From Mobula hypostoma (taxonomy: Eukaryota), in the NCBI RefSeq assembly GCF_963921235.1, contig NC_086108.1:4588001-4652000 (forward strand): a stretch of 64,000 nt of DNA, given 5' to 3'. Position numbers and translations under genes: made by a program. The notes under the pieces were generated by a model that was not told the origin of the DNA, ran no database searches, and saw nothing but the letters and a program-made list of their open reading frames with translations. This document shows positions 61,075 to 64,000 of the stretch, one piece after another. Positions within the stretch are counted from its first letter, which is position 1, and each line of letters starts with the position of its first letter.

Positions 61075-63937
61075 CCACCTGTCCCACATCCCACCTGTCC
61101 CACACCCCTCCTGACCCACATCCCACCTGTCCCACACCCCTCCTGACCCACACCCCACCTGTCCCACACCCCACCTGTCCCACACCCCTCCTGACCCACA
61201 TCCCACCTGTCCCACACCCCTCCTGACCCACACCCCACCTGTCCCACACCCCCTCCGGTCCCACACCCCTCCTGACCCACACCCCACCTGTCCCACACCC
61301 CACCTGTCCCACACCCCCTCCGGTCCCACACCCCTCCTGTCCCACACCCCTCCTGACCCACACCCCACCTGTCCCACACCCCTCCGGTCCCACACCCCTC
61401 CTGTCCCACACCCCTCCTGACCCACACCCCACCTGTCCCACACCCCACCTGTCCCACACCCCTCCTGTCCCACACCCCTCCTGACCCACACCCCACCTGT
61501 CCCACACCCCTCCTGACCCACACCCCACCTGTCCCACACCCCACCTGTCCCACACCCCCTCCGGTCCCACACCCCTCCTGTCCCACACCCCTCCTGACCC
61601 ACACCCCACCTGTCCCACACCCCTCCTGTCCCACACCCCTCCGGTCCCACACCCCTCCTGTCCCACACCCCTCCTGACCCACACCCCACCTGTCCCACAC
61701 CCCACCTGTCCCACACCCCTCCTGACCCACACCCCACCTGTCCCACACCCCTCCTGACCCACACCCCACCTGTCCCACACCCCTCCTGACCCACATCCCA
61801 CCTGTCCCACACCCCTCCTGACCCACACCCCACCTGTCCCACACCCCCTCCGGTCCCACACCCCTCCTGACCCACACCCCACCTGTCCCACACCCCACCT
61901 GTCCCACACCCCCTCCGGTCCCACACCCCTCCGGTCCCACACCCCTCCTGTCCCACACCCCTCCTGACCCACACCCCACCTGTCCCACACCCCTCCTGTC
62001 CCACACCCCTCCTGACCCACACCCCACCTGTCCCACACCCCTCCTGACCCACACCCCACCTGTCCCACACCCCACCTGTCCCACACCCCTCCTGACCCAC
62101 ATCCCACCTGTCCCACACCCCTCCAGACCCACACCCCACCTGTCCCACACCCCCTCCGGTCCCACACCCCTCCTGACCCACACCCCACCTGTCCCACACC
62201 CCACCTGTCCCACACCCCCTCCGGTCCCACACCCCTCCTGTCCCACACCCCTCCTGACCCACACCCCACCTGTCCCACACCCCTCCTGTCCCACACCCCT
62301 CCGGTCCCACACCCCTCCTGTCCCACACCCCTCCTGACCCACACCCCACCTGTCCCACACCCCACCTGTCCCACACCCCTCCTGTCCCACACCCCTCCTG
62401 ACCCACACCCCACCTGTCCCACACCCCTCCTGTCCCACACCCCACCTGTCCCACACCCCTCCTGACCCACATCCCACCTGTCCCACATCCCACCTGACCC
62501 ACACCCCACCTGTCCCACACCCCACCTGTCCCACACCCCTCCTGTCCCACACCCCTCCTGACCCACACCCCACCTGTCCCACACCCCTCCTGACCCACAC
62601 CCCACCTGTCCCACACCCCACCTGTCCCACACCCCTCCTGACCCACACCCCACCTGTCCTACACCCCACCTGTCCTACACCCCTCCTGTCCCACACCCCA
62701 CCTGTCCCACACCCCTCCTGACCCACACCCCACCTGTCCCACACCCCACCTGTCCCACACCCCTCCTGACCCACACCCCACCTGTCCTACACCCCTCCTG
62801 ACCCACACCCCACCTGTCCTACACCCCACCTGTCCCACACCCCTCCTGACCCACACCCCACCTGTCCCACACCCCACCTGTCCCACACCCCCTCCGGTCC
62901 CACACCCCTCCTGTCCCACACCCCTCCTGACCCACACCCCACCTGTCCCACACCCCTCCTGTCCCACACCCCCTCCGGTCCCACACCCCTCCTGTCCCAC
63001 AGCCCTCCTGACCCACACCCCACCTGTCCCACATCCCACCTGTCCCACACCCCTCCTGACCCACACCCCACCTGTCCCACACCCCTCCTGTCCCACACCC
63101 CACCTGTCCCACACCCCTCCTGACCCACACCCCACCTGTCCCACACCCCACCTGTCCCACACCCCTCCTGACCCACACCCCACCTGTCCCACACCCCTCC
63201 TGACCCACACCCCACCTGTCCTACACCCCTCCTGTCCCACACCCCACCTGTCCCACACCGCTCCTGACCCACACCCCACCTGTCCCACACCCCACCTGTC
63301 CCACACCCCACCTGTCCCACACCCCTCCTGACCCACACCCCACCTGTCCTACACCCCTCCTGACCCACACCCCACCTGTCCTACACCCCACCTGTCCCAC
63401 ACCCCACCTGTCCTACACCCCTCCTGTCCCACACCCCACCTGTCCCACACCCCACCTGTCCTACACCCCTCCTGTCCCACACCCCACCTGTCCCACACCC
63501 CTCCTGTCCCACACCCCCCGTCCCACACCCCACCTGTCCCACACCCCTCCTGTCCCACAGCCCCTCCGGTCCCACACCCCTCCTTTCCCACACCCCACCT
63601 GTCCCACACCACTCCTGTCCCACACCCCTCCTTTCCCACACCCCACCTGTCCTACACCCCTCCTGTCCCACACCCCCCGTCCCACACCCCACCTGTCCCA
63701 CACCCCACCTGTCCCACACCCCTCCTGACCCACACCCCAGCTGTCCTACACCCCTCCTGACCCACACCCCACCTGTCCTACACCCCACCTGTCCTACACC
63801 CTTCCTGTCCTACACCCCTCCTTTCCCACACCGCGCGTCCCACACCCCCTCCTGTCCCACACCCCTCCTGTCCCACACCCCTCCTGTCCCACACCACACC
63901 TGTCCCACACCCCCTCCTGTCCCACACCCCACCTGTA
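61075..63937. repeat. 16-bp C-rich minisatellite, about 180 units (CCACCTGTCCCACACC / CCTCCTGACCCACACC), in a SIPA1L3 intron
   Basis: Directly visible tandem array; it accounts for all the GC/GV-rich ORFs at 60991-63788. Confidence 0.98.
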
Positions 63938-64000
63938 GCTCTCCACTTTCACCATTCCCAACATCACTTGCTTCCACCAGATTTACAAATTTGCTCCCTG

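Noticed and set aside
60991..63788. Long Gly/Cys/Trp-rich ORFs (up to 569 aa) in all three minus frames
   Set aside because: They are translations of a stop-poor 16-bp tandem repeat inside an intron, not a keratin-associated-like protein.

Overview
Eukaryotic, repeat-dense vertebrate DNA. The repeat content (CR1 LINEs with SGNH-esterase ORF1, Rex1/Babar LINEs, V-SINE/HE1-like SINEs, Penelope remnants) suggests a cartilaginous fish, probably a ray; this is an inference. The one clear host gene is SIPA1L3 on the minus strand: its last five coding exons (60127 down to 43880) have canonical, phase-consistent splice sites, and a probable 3' UTR of about 4.6 kb follows. The rest is nested transposon debris plus three minisatellite arrays (44-, 19- and 16-bp units). 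Most notable: (1) an intact-core minimal hammerhead ribozyme motif in a Penelope-derived repeat, in sense orientation inside a SIPA1L3 intron; (2) a Sleeping Beauty-like right IR/DR plus transposase C-terminus that looks very close to the salmonid element; (3) an intronless, N-terminal-only PBRM1 retro-fragment next to it; (4) two multi-kb minisatellites whose origin from specific TE sequence can be read from their flanks; (5) a Gmr1-like Gypsy fragment ending at a cryptic LTR-like end; (6) a head-to-head pair of young CR1 copies. I found no convincing wholly new multi-gene system. All family assignments come from recalled sequences, not from searches.
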